Source: a virus. From it: a stretch of DNA of 64,000 bases. Each line of letters starts with the position of its first letter. Positions within the stretch are counted from its first letter, which is position 1. Below, piece by piece: positions 1 to 8,045 of this stretch. Location: positions 32,184-96,183 of the IMG/VR virus record IMGVR_UViG_3300018875_000004, one strand, 5' to 3'. The position numbers were made by a program, and so were the translations under genes. The notes beneath the pieces were generated by a model that saw only the letters and a list, made by a program, of their open reading frames with translations, did not search any database and had not been told where the DNA came from.

Positions 1-134
1 ATATTGATGTTCTCGATCGTCAACATTAGGTTCTCCATATCGTTGACGATCGACATCGTAATATCGGTAATCATTCGGTCGATTTCTTTATGATTCAGGA
101 TGGTTTGTTTCAGATATTCCCGTAAAAGTTCCAT
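1..134 (-). CDS. Hypothetical protein, N-terminal part (runs off the window)
   Basis: ATG at 134 (MELLREYLKQTILNHKE...) preceded by GGGGAG RBS; open to position 1; not in the ORF track. Confidence 0.6.
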   Translation of the reverse strand, partial: MELLREYLKQTILNHKEIDRMITDITMSIVNDMENLMLTIENIN

Positions 135-511
135 GGCGCATGCTCTCCCCTGTTGTCTGATTGCATGGCTTGCATCATGATCCGCTCGATATCCGCCGCC
201 ATACGCGCCCTGGTGGCTTCGTCGTTTGGCATGCCGATATAGCTTTCCATTCTTTCATAGAGCCTTCGCTCGGCTTGGCTGCGTATGACGTCCGGAAATT
301 CAGCATGGACGGAGGTTTCGGAAGATGGAGCGGCCATCACTTCACTGCTGAAATAAGACGCGCGCTGCGGAGCTTTGGGCTGTCTTTCGCCAAATATCCC
401 TCGTTCACGTAATCTGGCGAGTGCGCTTTTCGCACTCTGTTGTGTGGTTTTTTCCTGATAGATTTGCATGAGTTCCACGCTGTTCAACCCCCAATGCTGC
501 GCGATACGCAT
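110..511 (-). CDS. Hypothetical protein (start uncertain)
   Basis: 133-aa ORF filling the gap; no clear RBS; overlaps an alternative 57-aa ORF at 405-578. Confidence 0.5.
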   Translation of the reverse strand: MRIAQHWGLNSVELMQIYQEKTTQQSAKSALARLRERGIFGERQPKAPQRASYFSSEVMAAPSSETSVHAEFPDVIRSQAERRLYERMESYIGMPNDEATRARMAADIERIMMQAMQSDNRGEHAPWNFYGNI

Positions 512-555
512 CGGCTAATCTGCTGATGCTGTACGGCGGATTCTGTATCTTGCGA

Positions 556-726
556 TTATATTGCTCTATGAGTTCCATGGCTTTTGCTCTTCAATAGTCG
601 GATGGCACTTTCCAGCTCACCGATACGCTGGTTCATGTTGTAGCTGGTTTTCATTCGGTGCTTTTTCATAAGGCGGAGGATTCTGACTTTTTCTTCAAGG
701 TGGCGGATCGCGTTGTTATATTCCAT
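556..726 (-). CDS. Small basic helical hypothetical protein (56 aa)
   Basis: Manual translation MEYNNAIRHLEEKVRILRLMKKHR...; fills the gap downstream of the MazG-like gene. Confidence 0.55.
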   Translation of the reverse strand: MEYNNAIRHLEEKVRILRLMKKHRMKTSYNMNQRIGELESAIRLLKSKSHGTHRAI

Positions 727-759
727 GACCTATACCTATATGTAACCAAGAAGGCAGGC

Positions 760-1200
760 TTATGCCCCCTTCTGGTTCTCACTTTCTTTGCGCTGGCGCT
801 CAATGGCAGCCTGCAGCTTTGGATATGGGTCTTCCCAGCCTTCCGGCTTCTTCACCTTGCCGTCTTCTTTGTAGTGCGGTTTGCCGTCTGGCCACAGCTT
901 GGACATGTTCGCATGCTGCACGATATTCATCAGCTCCTGCGGTTTCACGCCCATTTCGACGAGTGTGCCGATGGCGAAGTAGATGGTATCGATCATCGCG
1001 TCTGCTTGGTCTACCACGTTGTCGGAGTCCAGGAACTCCTGTACTTCTTCCTTGATCCAGTTCATACGCTTCTCTGCGCGCTCTGGCGTGATCAGAGTTG
1101 GCGTATCTTGATAAGGATGGTTGAATGCTTTCTGGAAAGCTTTCACCTGCTCATATGCGTAGTCAAGGCCTTTGCCTTCATACTGTTTCATCAGTTCCAT
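760..1200 (-). CDS. MazG-like all-alpha NTP pyrophosphohydrolase (PRA-PH/DR2231-like)
   Basis: EEVQEF...DAMIDTIYF acidic motif and HANMSKL..DGKVKKPEGW, typical of this family. Confidence 0.85.
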   Translation of the reverse strand: MELMKQYEGKGLDYAYEQVKAFQKAFNHPYQDTPTLITPERAEKRMNWIKEEVQEFLDSDNVVDQADAMIDTIYFAIGTLVEMGVKPQELMNIVQHANMSKLWPDGKPHYKEDGKVKKPEGWEDPYPKLQAAIERQRKESENQKGA

Positions 1201-1201
1201 G

Positions 1202-1411
1202 TCATTTATTCCCCTTTGGTCTCTTATTGTATTTTTCTTGTACGAATTGGAAGAATGCAGTTTGAATTTTGAGCATCTGAAGTCCGGTCATAAATAGATA
1301 GGCCCATACGTTGTAGAGGAGCCAGACCAGCCCGGCAACAATCAATGCTGCTCCCAGGGCTGCTGTAGTGTACAGAAACCATTGCAAAATGATAGCGGGT
1401 ACCTCTGGCAT
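1202..1411 (-). CDS. Small membrane protein (69 aa)
   Basis: AGGAGG RBS; long hydrophobic stretch followed by a basic tail. Confidence 0.7.
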   Translation of the reverse strand: MPEVPAIILQWFLYTTAALGAALIVAGLVWLLYNVWAYLFMTGLQMLKIQTAFFQFVQEKYNKRPKGNK

Positions 1412-1422
1412 CGTAATCCTCC

Positions 1423-2442
1423 TTAGCGGATGCGTCCTCTTTCAAAACGTGCTTTCATACGAGCGATCGATTCATCGGTTACTTCGGTTACGTTCAGGGC
1501 TTTGTTGTAGAAGCCCTTCTGGCTGAAGAAGTCATGTGTGATGTGTGTTGCATTGTCACCGGTACCGTTCAGCACCAGGGAGTTGATCGGCTCTTCTTCG
1601 AACATTGGATCAAAGCCCAGGTTCATGAGTGCGCGGTTTGCGTTGTAACGGACGTATGCTTTTACCTGTTCAACCAGTGGCTTCTCGCCTTCCGGCAGCA
1701 GGATGTTGTTGTACAGCTCTTCGGTGTAATTCATTTCTACTTCGTGCAGCTGGCGAAGCAGTGCGTAGGTTTTCTTCTTCACGCGCTCCTGCTGCTGCTT
1801 GTCCATCATGTTGTAGAGTTCCTGTGCCAGCACACCGATGTACAGGCCGTGAACGGCTTCGTCACGCAGGATTGCGCCGATGATTTCGCCCGAGCTGGTC
1901 ATAAGCCCCTGCCCTTGCATATAAACCGGCAGGAAGAATCCAGAGTAGAATTGATAGGATTCCAGGAATACGGATGCCACACGCTGCATGAATTGATCTT
2001 CGAGTGTATTCGCCACCGCATAGTAGGAGCTGATGATGTTTACCTTCTCGTTCAGGATCGGGTGATTGGTTGCCCAATCGTCCAGTAGGTAGTTCACGTA
2101 ATTACTGTCGGTAATAACCGTTGTAAAGATTGTGGAGTATGATTTCGCATGAACATGCTCCATCATTTGCATAAAGCTCAGCGTGGATTTACGCTGCAGC
2201 TTCTTCTCCGTTGCGTTGATCGCCGGCAGCCCGACATTCCCCTGCAGAGTATCCAGACCGGTCAGACCAGCGAGAGCTTTGGAATAGCCCTCCTGGAACA
2301 TGGGATGCAAGTTCTCATAAACCTGCTTATCGTCAGAAGGAACGTGTTCTTCATCGCTCCACATCTGTGTCATATTTTGAGTCCAGATGCGCGGGGTAAA
2401 CGCATCATCCGGACGATTCCAGTTCACTACATCAATTGCCAT
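1423..2442 (-). CDS. nrdF: Class Ib ribonucleotide reductase beta subunit
   Basis: Metal ligands and radical Tyr motifs LTGLDT, MEHVHAKSY, FLES..FYSGF, RDEAVHG; C-terminal HDFFS. Confidence 0.95.
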   Translation of the reverse strand: MAIDVVNWNRPDDAFTPRIWTQNMTQMWSDEEHVPSDDKQVYENLHPMFQEGYSKALAGLTGLDTLQGNVGLPAINATEKKLQRKSTLSFMQMMEHVHAKSYSTIFTTVITDSNYVNYLLDDWATNHPILNEKVNIISSYYAVANTLEDQFMQRVASVFLESYQFYSGFFLPVYMQGQGLMTSSGEIIGAILRDEAVHGLYIGVLAQELYNMMDKQQQERVKKKTYALLRQLHEVEMNYTEELYNNILLPEGEKPLVEQVKAYVRYNANRALMNLGFDPMFEEEPINSLVLNGTGDNATHITHDFFSQKGFYNKALNVTEVTDESIARMKARFERGRIR

Positions 2443-2461
2443 CTCTTTTTATCCTCCCGTA

Positions 2462-4546
2462 TTACACTGCGCAGCTTTCGCAGTCTTCTTTTTGTAAGTC
2501 TCTGGAGCGAGTGTAATACAAGCTCTTCAGGCCTTTCATTTCAGCGTACATATACAAGTTTGCGATCTCAGCCGTTTCCATGTTGGAATCGACGAACAGA
2601 ATGCAGCTGATACCTTGGTCAATATGAACCTGTGCCGCTGCTACAACATCGATTACGTTGTACGGATCCATGTGATACGCCGACTTATACAGGAAGTTCG
2701 TTCTTGGAGACAGGAACGGCATTGGATAGCAAGTTTTCGCATCGCCGTAAGTCCGCGTCTCAACCTGATCGGTGATTGGCATGATCGACTGTGTAGCATT
2801 CTGGATATAGGAAATACTCTGTGTCGGAGCGATCGCCAGGCGGTATGCGTGCCACAATCCATTTTTCATAACCTGTGGTTTCAGCGCAGCCCAGTCTGCT
2901 GGTCCTGGAAGCTTCATGCCTTCGAACAGTTTCTGAACGGTTACGTCTGTCGGACGATAATCATTCTCTAAATAGTGGTCGAAGTATGATCCGTCCGCAT
3001 AGGATGATTGCTCAAAGCCTTTGAACGTTTCGCCTTTCTCGACCGCGATCTCCATCGAACGAACCAGACTGTGGTAGTTCATCAACATGGTAAAGACGCT
3101 GATCACTTCCAGTGCGCGGTCGGATTCGTAAGGGATGCCGACGCTGGCCAGATAGCCGTGGAAGTTCATGACGCCAAGACCGGTGCTGTGCATTTCATCG
3201 TTGGCTTTCTTGACGGAAGGAACCGTTGTGTTATTGGAACGCAGGATTACGTCTGTCAGCAGGTCCATCGCATTATAGACAGCTTCCTGAATGCTCTTGT
3301 GCATCATGATGTTATACATGTTCAGGGAGCTCAGTACACAGTTGATGTCGCGTTTGATTTGGTCTTCCTCGAAGTAGTCGTTAATCTCCGAAGCTTCAGA
3401 CAGCTGGAAGATTTCCGTACAGAGATTGCTGAACGATACATCGCCCAGGGCAGCCAGCGGATGGAACTTGTTAGCGTTCGTCTGGAACATGATGTACGGG
3501 TATCCGGATTCGATCTGAACACGGGACAGGTCATTCATGAACTTCCGTGCGCTTTCCGGCTTGGACTTACGGACATTCGGGTTATTCAGAGCATCTTCAT
3601 ACAGCTCATCGAAGTTGAATTTACTCATCGGCACGCCGTATTCTTTCTTGATGTCGTAAGGGCTGAAGCGAACGAAGTCTTCGCCTTTATCCATCAGCTC
3701 GAAGAATTTACGTGGGATGATCACGCCGACCGACAATGTTTTCAGGCGGATCTTCTCGTCTGCGTTGAATTTCTTACTGTTGATCAGGTCAGGTGTATCT
3801 GGGTGGAAGATGCTTGCGTAAGCTGCGCCAGATCCTTTACGCTGCCCCATTTGGTCTGCGTAGGAGAATGCGTCTTCCATCAGCTTCGCTACAGGCATCA
3901 GGCCTTTGGCTGCGCCTTCGACGCCTTTGATTGGGTCGCCGCTTGATCGTAAATCGGTCAGGTTGACGGATACGCCGCCGCCGACTTTACTCAGCTGCAT
4001 GCAGGAGTTCAGTACATAGTTGATCGAGTTCAGGCTATCTTCTGCATGAAGCAGGTAGCAGCTGATCAGCTCGCCTCTACGGGCGCGTCCGGCATTCATA
4101 TACGATGGTGTGGCTGGTTGAACGTCCTGAGCCATCAGGCTGTGCAGGTAACGTTTCGCACGTTCGAAATCGCCTTTCGCATAGAACAGTGAAGCGATAA
4201 CGTTTTTGTCTTCGTAATGCTCCAGGTATTCTTTGCGATCGTCAGTCCGCAGCGCGTAGTTCTTGTAGAACTTCGACATAGACATGTACGACTTGTGTTC
4301 AAAGTTGTAGCTTTCAGCGATGGCGTGCATCTGCTTAATTTGACTGATGTTGTATTCATGCAGCAGTTCTGGATAGTAATAGTCATTGGCTACCAGCCAG
4401 ACGATGCGTTCACGGATGCTGTTAAATCGTCTGTACTTCGCATCCACTTCTTTTTTCAGTTCTTCCATAGCCAGCTTGTCGTAATGCAGCTGGTAAAAGC
4501 CGTCAAGCTTTTGAAGAACCATACCGTTGAGTTCCTTATGGTTCAA
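2462..4546 (-). CDS. nrdE: Class Ib ribonucleotide reductase alpha subunit
   Basis: QPATPSYMNAGR, ELISCYLL, SNLCTEI, APTQSISY, KSLYYTR and C-terminal CESC; no ATP cone or intein (694 aa). Confidence 0.96.
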   Translation of the reverse strand: MNHKELNGMVLQKLDGFYQLHYDKLAMEELKKEVDAKYRRFNSIRERIVWLVANDYYYPELLHEYNISQIKQMHAIAESYNFEHKSYMSMSKFYKNYALRTDDRKEYLEHYEDKNVIASLFYAKGDFERAKRYLHSLMAQDVQPATPSYMNAGRARRGELISCYLLHAEDSLNSINYVLNSCMQLSKVGGGVSVNLTDLRSSGDPIKGVEGAAKGLMPVAKLMEDAFSYADQMGQRKGSGAAYASIFHPDTPDLINSKKFNADEKIRLKTLSVGVIIPRKFFELMDKGEDFVRFSPYDIKKEYGVPMSKFNFDELYEDALNNPNVRKSKPESARKFMNDLSRVQIESGYPYIMFQTNANKFHPLAALGDVSFSNLCTEIFQLSEASEINDYFEEDQIKRDINCVLSSLNMYNIMMHKSIQEAVYNAMDLLTDVILRSNNTTVPSVKKANDEMHSTGLGVMNFHGYLASVGIPYESDRALEVISVFTMLMNYHSLVRSMEIAVEKGETFKGFEQSSYADGSYFDHYLENDYRPTDVTVQKLFEGMKLPGPADWAALKPQVMKNGLWHAYRLAIAPTQSISYIQNATQSIMPITDQVETRTYGDAKTCYPMPFLSPRTNFLYKSAYHMDPYNVIDVVAAAQVHIDQGISCILFVDSNMETAEIANLYMYAEMKGLKSLYYTRSRDLQKEDCESCAV

Positions 4547-4934
4547 GTTTATTCACCTCTTCTAAGAATTTATCAACATCAGACGCAAGACCTTGCAGCT
4601 CGAACTTGTGCAGCAGCGGCACGTCGTACTGTTTAGAAATAATATCGCCGGCTCTCGCGAACATGCCGGGGCTGAAACGATCCCAGTTCCGATTGCCACT
4701 TGCGGCGACAGCAACCATGTAAGCATGGTTATGTACCAAAAAGTCTGTGACTTCTTCCGGAACCTGGCCCATGCCGACTGTGCTTGTAATCAGAATGAAA
4801 GGATGCCGCATCCGTAAAGCAGGTGTAATCTTGATGGCTCGCATGCCTGTCTTCTTTACAAACGTTTCGACTTTGCCAGTCAGGGAGAAATAGCAGATCA
4901 TGGGACGATCTACAGATGTCTTTTTCAAATCCAT
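4536..4934 (-). CDS. nrdI: Flavodoxin-like RNR assembly protein
   Basis: YFSLTGKV..FV, ASGNRNW, KFELQG motifs; directly upstream of nrdE. Confidence 0.93.
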   Translation of the reverse strand: MDLKKTSVDRPMICYFSLTGKVETFVKKTGMRAIKITPALRMRHPFILITSTVGMGQVPEEVTDFLVHNHAYMVAVAASGNRNWDRFSPGMFARAGDIISKQYDVPLLHKFELQGLASDVDKFLEEVNKLEP

Positions 4935-4954
4935 TTTATCATTACCTTCCCATT

Positions 4955-4970
4955 TTGTAACGCGTTACAA
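4955..4970. promoter_or_regulatory. Palindromic operator-like site TTGTAACGCGTTACAA
   Basis: Perfect 16-bp palindrome just upstream of the nrdI RBS; the same core recurs elsewhere in the window. Confidence 0.75.
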
Positions 4971-5016
4971 TGTGCGCATAGACTATTTTATTCTAAATTT
5001 TTCTTGAATGAAAGAC

Positions 5017-5045
5017 TTGACATTTAAAAAACCCCAACATATTGT
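5017..5045 (+). promoter_or_regulatory. Putative antisense sigmaA promoter TTGACA-N17-TATTGT
   Basis: Perfect -35 box, 17-bp spacer and 4/6 -10 box, pointing against the gene direction. Confidence 0.4.
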
Positions 5046-5052
5046 GTCGGGG
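5026..5052 (-). terminator. Intrinsic terminator overlapping a putative NrdR box
   Basis: Minus strand CCCCGACA-CAATA-TGTTGGGG-TTTTTT; contains ACACAATATGTTGGGG (5032-5047), which resembles the NrdR box acaCwAtATaTwGtgt. Confidence 0.7.
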
Positions 5053-5074
5053 CCTTTCGATAGATACTACAAAA

Positions 5075-5476
5075 TCAAGCTGGGATCGACGGATAGATGC
5101 CGATTGACACCCCGTATTCGTATTCAGCAGCAAGCACGGCTTTAATCTGTTCGATGGTCAGGCCGGTCTCCTTCAGGCGCTCATGAACGAACTGGTCACG
5201 ACCTGCTTCGCTGTATACCGGCGCATCCAGCAAGCCTTCGCTGTCTTCCATCGTATTCGCAAGCAGGCGTGTTGTCAGATCCATCATATCTTCCAGCAGC
5301 TCCAGACCACCAACATGCTCCGAGTATTCTTCCAGTGCGCGGCACAGGTATCCGCCAGCGTGGGAACTTCCGAAGGTCATGTCCGTTAGACCGGCGATCT
5401 CGTCAAACATTTCATCCTCAGCTTTACCTTTCAGGGTGTTAAGGTTATGCAGATATTGTTCGTATACTTGTTTCAT
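5075..5476 (-). CDS. Acidic hypothetical protein (133 aa)
   Basis: GAGGA RBS; clean ORF followed by a terminator. Confidence 0.75.
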   Translation of the reverse strand: MKQVYEQYLHNLNTLKGKAEDEMFDEIAGLTDMTFGSSHAGGYLCRALEEYSEHVGGLELLEDMMDLTTRLLANTMEDSEGLLDAPVYSEAGRDQFVHERLKETGLTIEQIKAVLAAEYEYGVSIGIYPSIPA

Positions 5477-5502
5477 GGCTATTTCCTCTTTTCGTTTTGT
5501 TT

Positions 5503-5516
5503 TGTAATGCGTTACA
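5503..5516. promoter_or_regulatory. Palindromic site TGTAATGCGTTACA
   Basis: Matches the recurring motif; overlaps the stop codon of the 40-aa Cys-rich ORF. Confidence 0.7.
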
Positions 5517-5634
5517 ATTCTTCGAATCCCTCTTTATCCTCTGCTTCTTCTTCGGTTGTTTGGCAGCTTGGACAGAAAGAGACATTACAGCATGGACAGG
5601 TAGTAAAATATTCCAAACATGACTGACAATACAT
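5512..5634 (-). CDS. 40-aa Cys-rich zinc-finger-like microprotein
   Basis: Manual translation MYCQSCLEYFTTCPCCNVSFCPSCQTTEEEAEDKEGFEEL; AAGGA RBS; below the ORF-track cutoff. Confidence 0.7.
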   Translation of the reverse strand: MYCQSCLEYFTTCPCCNVSFCPSCQTTEEEAEDKEGFEEL

Positions 5635-5827
5635 ATTCCTTCGTCCTTTCAGATGAAATAAATCGACCAGTTGTTCAGATCCGAAACTAAAAATCGCTTA
5701 GAAACGAAACTGCGCATAATCTTAATTATACGCCGTTTTTATAGATCGATTATCCTCGTACCGATGGCCGTGAAAAGTATAATAATCGATCTAAAAGGAA
5801 AGGGCGCCAAACGCTGATTTGGCGTAC

Positions 5828-6001
5828 TTATCCAGCGATGCTCTGCAGATAGAAGGAAATCATGCAAAGGTATGCCACCATTGCGATTCCGTCCACGACA
5901 ACGCCTAGAGGAGCCTTTTCTTTCAGGTATTTCACCACGCCAAGGCCAGACATCGCGGCTGCAAAAAGCAAGAGTACGACAACGATCCAGGGGTCGATCA
6001 T
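5828..6001 (-). CDS. Small two-TM membrane protein (57 aa)
   Basis: MIDPWIVVVLLLFAAAMSGLGVVKYLKEKAPLGVVVDGIAMVAYLCMISFYLQSIAG; ATGA overlap with the upstream gene; followed by a hairpin at ~5804-5825 and a T-rich tract. Confidence 0.7.
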   Translation of the reverse strand: MIDPWIVVVLLLFAAAMSGLGVVKYLKEKAPLGVVVDGIAMVAYLCMISFYLQSIAG

Positions 6002-6309
6002 GCTTGGACCCCGTATCCCTTGAACAGTTTGCGGACGCTGCGCTCTGCTACTTCCAACTCGATCGCGGCCTTCTTCACTTCCGCATCGTTTGGCATCTTC
6101 TTCAGCAGCATTGCTGCATCACTCAGCAGCTTCTGGATATTGGTGTGCAGCACAGTGAAGTCATAGGTATGTTCCTCCACTCTCGCGCGGGTTGCTGCAT
6201 CGTTCTCCATCAGACCGCGGCCGATTGCTTCGACCACAGTCCCCGTTTTTACATCGATCATAACGACATCGCCGTTATCCAATTTCTTGGCTACGGTATT
6301 TTTACTCAT
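5998..6309 (-). CDS. Hypothetical protein (103 aa)
   Basis: GAGGAG RBS; clean ORF. Confidence 0.75.
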   Translation of the reverse strand: MSKNTVAKKLDNGDVVMIDVKTGTVVEAIGRGLMENDAATRARVEEHTYDFTVLHTNIQKLLSDAAMLLKKMPNDAEVKKAAIELEVAERSVRKLFKGYGVQA

Positions 6310-6337
6310 GATGATTCTCTCCTCTTGTTGCCGGCAT

Positions 6338-6496
6338 TCAACCGGTGATGATTTTGATCATGGATGTAGAGATGAAAACTGCACCCAGCAGCAGGCCGTA
6401 GATACCCACTGCGTATTCCCTTTCCTCGACAATCTTGACTGACCCCGCACTGTAAGCAAATATCCCGAGAATCAGACCTCCGATCCCAGACAGCAT
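6338..6496 (-). CDS. Small two-TM membrane protein (52 aa)
   Basis: Start MLSGIGG overlaps the upstream stop (TAATG); two hydrophobic segments. Confidence 0.65.
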   Translation of the reverse strand: MLSGIGGLILGIFAYSAGSVKIVEEREYAVGIYGLLLGAVFISTSMIKIITG

Positions 6497-6789
6497 TACT
6501 CTACTGTCGTCCAGTCTTCCGCAAGAATGTCTGCATGGGAAGGCAGCCAGCCTGGTTGCCATTGTTCTGCAGCAGTAAACTGTGCGATATACGGCTGAGA
6601 ATCAAGTGGCGTATCGACGCCGATATGCTTGGCAGTGCGGTCGTTTACTTTCGGGCCTGGCTCTTGCTGGGAGTGTGGCGGCAGGAACAGGGATGGCATC
6701 AGCACGATCCATACTCCTTGTCGATTCCAGCCTTGACGTGCTACTTTTCTTCCTGCCTTCATGACTTCAATTGCTTGTCCAAAGTTCAT
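6496..6789 (-). CDS. DUF2829 / Tad2-like anti-defence nucleotide-sponge protein
   Basis: MNFGQAIEVMKAGRKVARQGWN...QPGWLPSHADILAEDW is the DUF2829 signature; start reassigned to the Met at 6789. Confidence 0.85.
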   Translation of the reverse strand: MNFGQAIEVMKAGRKVARQGWNRQGVWIVLMPSLFLPPHSQQEPGPKVNDRTAKHIGVDTPLDSQPYIAQFTAAEQWQPGWLPSHADILAEDWTTVE

Positions 6790-6800
6790 ATGATTGCTCA

Positions 6801-6832
6801 CTTTCTGCAGCCGTGCTGCGGTAGGTTTTTTT
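6801..6832 (+). terminator. Plus-strand intrinsic terminator
   Basis: CTTTCTGCAGC-CGT-GCTGCGGTAGG stem (needs G-U pairs, so favours the + strand) followed by T7. Confidence 0.5.
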
Positions 6833-7319
6833 ATGCGTTGACTGTTACACAATCCAGGCGAACGAATTTGTTGGCGAATGCCAGAAGGAATGCGGTGTTC
6901 GTTGGCTTCGGCTCCAACAGCGGCGATGGAGAATTGTCTGCTTCGTGTCCTTCAATCATGCCAAGAATGGTATCGAAGATTGGACCGCTCAGGTCTTTGC
7001 GGATCGGCTGCAGCAGCGTGCGAACCATGACCGGATGGATGCGGCGGTATTGGTCGCCTGTCTCATTATGGCAAAGGTCTTGCAGCAGCACAGCCGCGCG
7101 GAAGGCGTCCGCCAGTCCAGGTGCGCCGGCTTCTTCGCCCAGCAGGCCCATCAGAACCGCGTAGGTCTTCTTGGTGTGCGACAGCAGCTCCTCGTCTTGA
7201 TAGAAGCTTTCAGGTGCCATCGACAGAGCATTCACGACGAAGTTTTTAATCTCCGGCGTTTTGATTTCTTCAATCTGGTCTTTCATTTCAAGTACGGCTG
7301 GTTTCAATTCGGTTGTCAT
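6831..7319 (-). CDS. Degenerate HD-domain protein
   Basis: SHTKK...AAVLLQDL...HP...IEGH pattern, with QD in place of HD. Confidence 0.55.
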   Translation of the reverse strand: MTTELKPAVLEMKDQIEEIKTPEIKNFVVNALSMAPESFYQDEELLSHTKKTYAVLMGLLGEEAGAPGLADAFRAAVLLQDLCHNETGDQYRRIHPVMVRTLLQPIRKDLSGPIFDTILGMIEGHEADNSPSPLLEPKPTNTAFLLAFANKFVRLDCVTVNA

Positions 7320-7321
7320 TG

Positions 7322-7555
7322 TTATCGTCTCCCCACGTTTTCTCTTGCACAGCTTGCATGCGATTTATTGGCGATCTCCCAATCCAGGTTGATCTTCCAT
7401 GATCCATTGCTGCCACCCGGTGACTTGCTGGATGGCTCCTTTACATTGAAGCCGCAGAACCGGCAGTAGACCGGCTCCTCGACAGCTTTGCGCGTTTGTT
7501 GCATCAGGATTTGCTCGAAGCTCATTCCTGGGATGCCACTATTCTTTCTGGCCAC
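7322..7555 (-). CDS. Small putative zinc-binding protein
   Basis: CRFC and HASC motifs; overlaps the upstream gene. Confidence 0.65.
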   Translation of the reverse strand: MARKNSGIPGMSFEQILMQQTRKAVEEPVYCRFCGFNVKEPSSKSPGGSNGSWKINLDWEIANKSHASCARENVGRR

Positions 7556-7847
7556 TTTCCTTCACCTCTTCCGGCACGTCCGTCCAATTCATGTCGATGG
7601 CTCTCACACCATTGATCGTGCGGTCGATATCCATGAGGACGCCGATCTTATTCAGCTTGCCGTCACGATAGTATTTGACGCCTTCTCCGATAAACGGGCG
7701 GAGCGGTTCAAAGTTAATGCGGTCTTGCTCGTGATTGTAATGAACGATTTCACCAGTCGGCAGCGTGTAGGATTCAATGAACCCTGCATTCTCTCCGACT
7801 TCCGGCACAGCAACCCATTGGATGGTGATCCATTTCTCTTGACTCAT
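7539..7847 (-). CDS. Hypothetical protein (102 aa)
   Basis: Start MSQEKW chosen from the ATGA overlap at 7844-7847. Confidence 0.65.
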   Translation of the reverse strand: MSQEKWITIQWVAVPEVGENAGFIESYTLPTGEIVHYNHEQDRINFEPLRPFIGEGVKYYRDGKLNKIGVLMDIDRTINGVRAIDMNWTDVPEEVKESGQKE

Positions 7848-8023
7848 GCGCGGCTTACCCGCATAGACGGAACCGAACCATCGTTTGTGCATCTCGGGTT
7901 GATATACTTGTCCTCAAAGGCAGTCACGGCAGTAAGTAAGTTGCTTTCCACACCAGTAACGCCCGCCTTCTTTGCGTCTACCAGTGATTTAATGTATTGC
8001 AGATGCTCATCGATTTTCAACAT
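7844..8023 (-). CDS. Hypothetical protein (59 aa)
   Basis: GAGGAG RBS before MLKIDEH. Confidence 0.6.
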   Translation of the reverse strand: MLKIDEHLQYIKSLVDAKKAGVTGVESNLLTAVTAFEDKYINPRCTNDGSVPSMRVSRA

Positions 8024-8045
8024 GACAGAATCTCTCCTCGTATGA

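Noticed and set aside
1423-4546. Metal-free class Ie RNR, or introns/inteins in nrdE/nrdF
   Set aside because: All carboxylate and His ligands are present in NrdF, and both genes are uninterrupted and of normal length.
4956-4969. CcpA cre, parS or LexA box as the identity of the palindrome
   Set aside because: The central dinucleotide is RY (GC/AC/GT) rather than CG, and the half-sites differ from TGTTCCAC and CGAAC.
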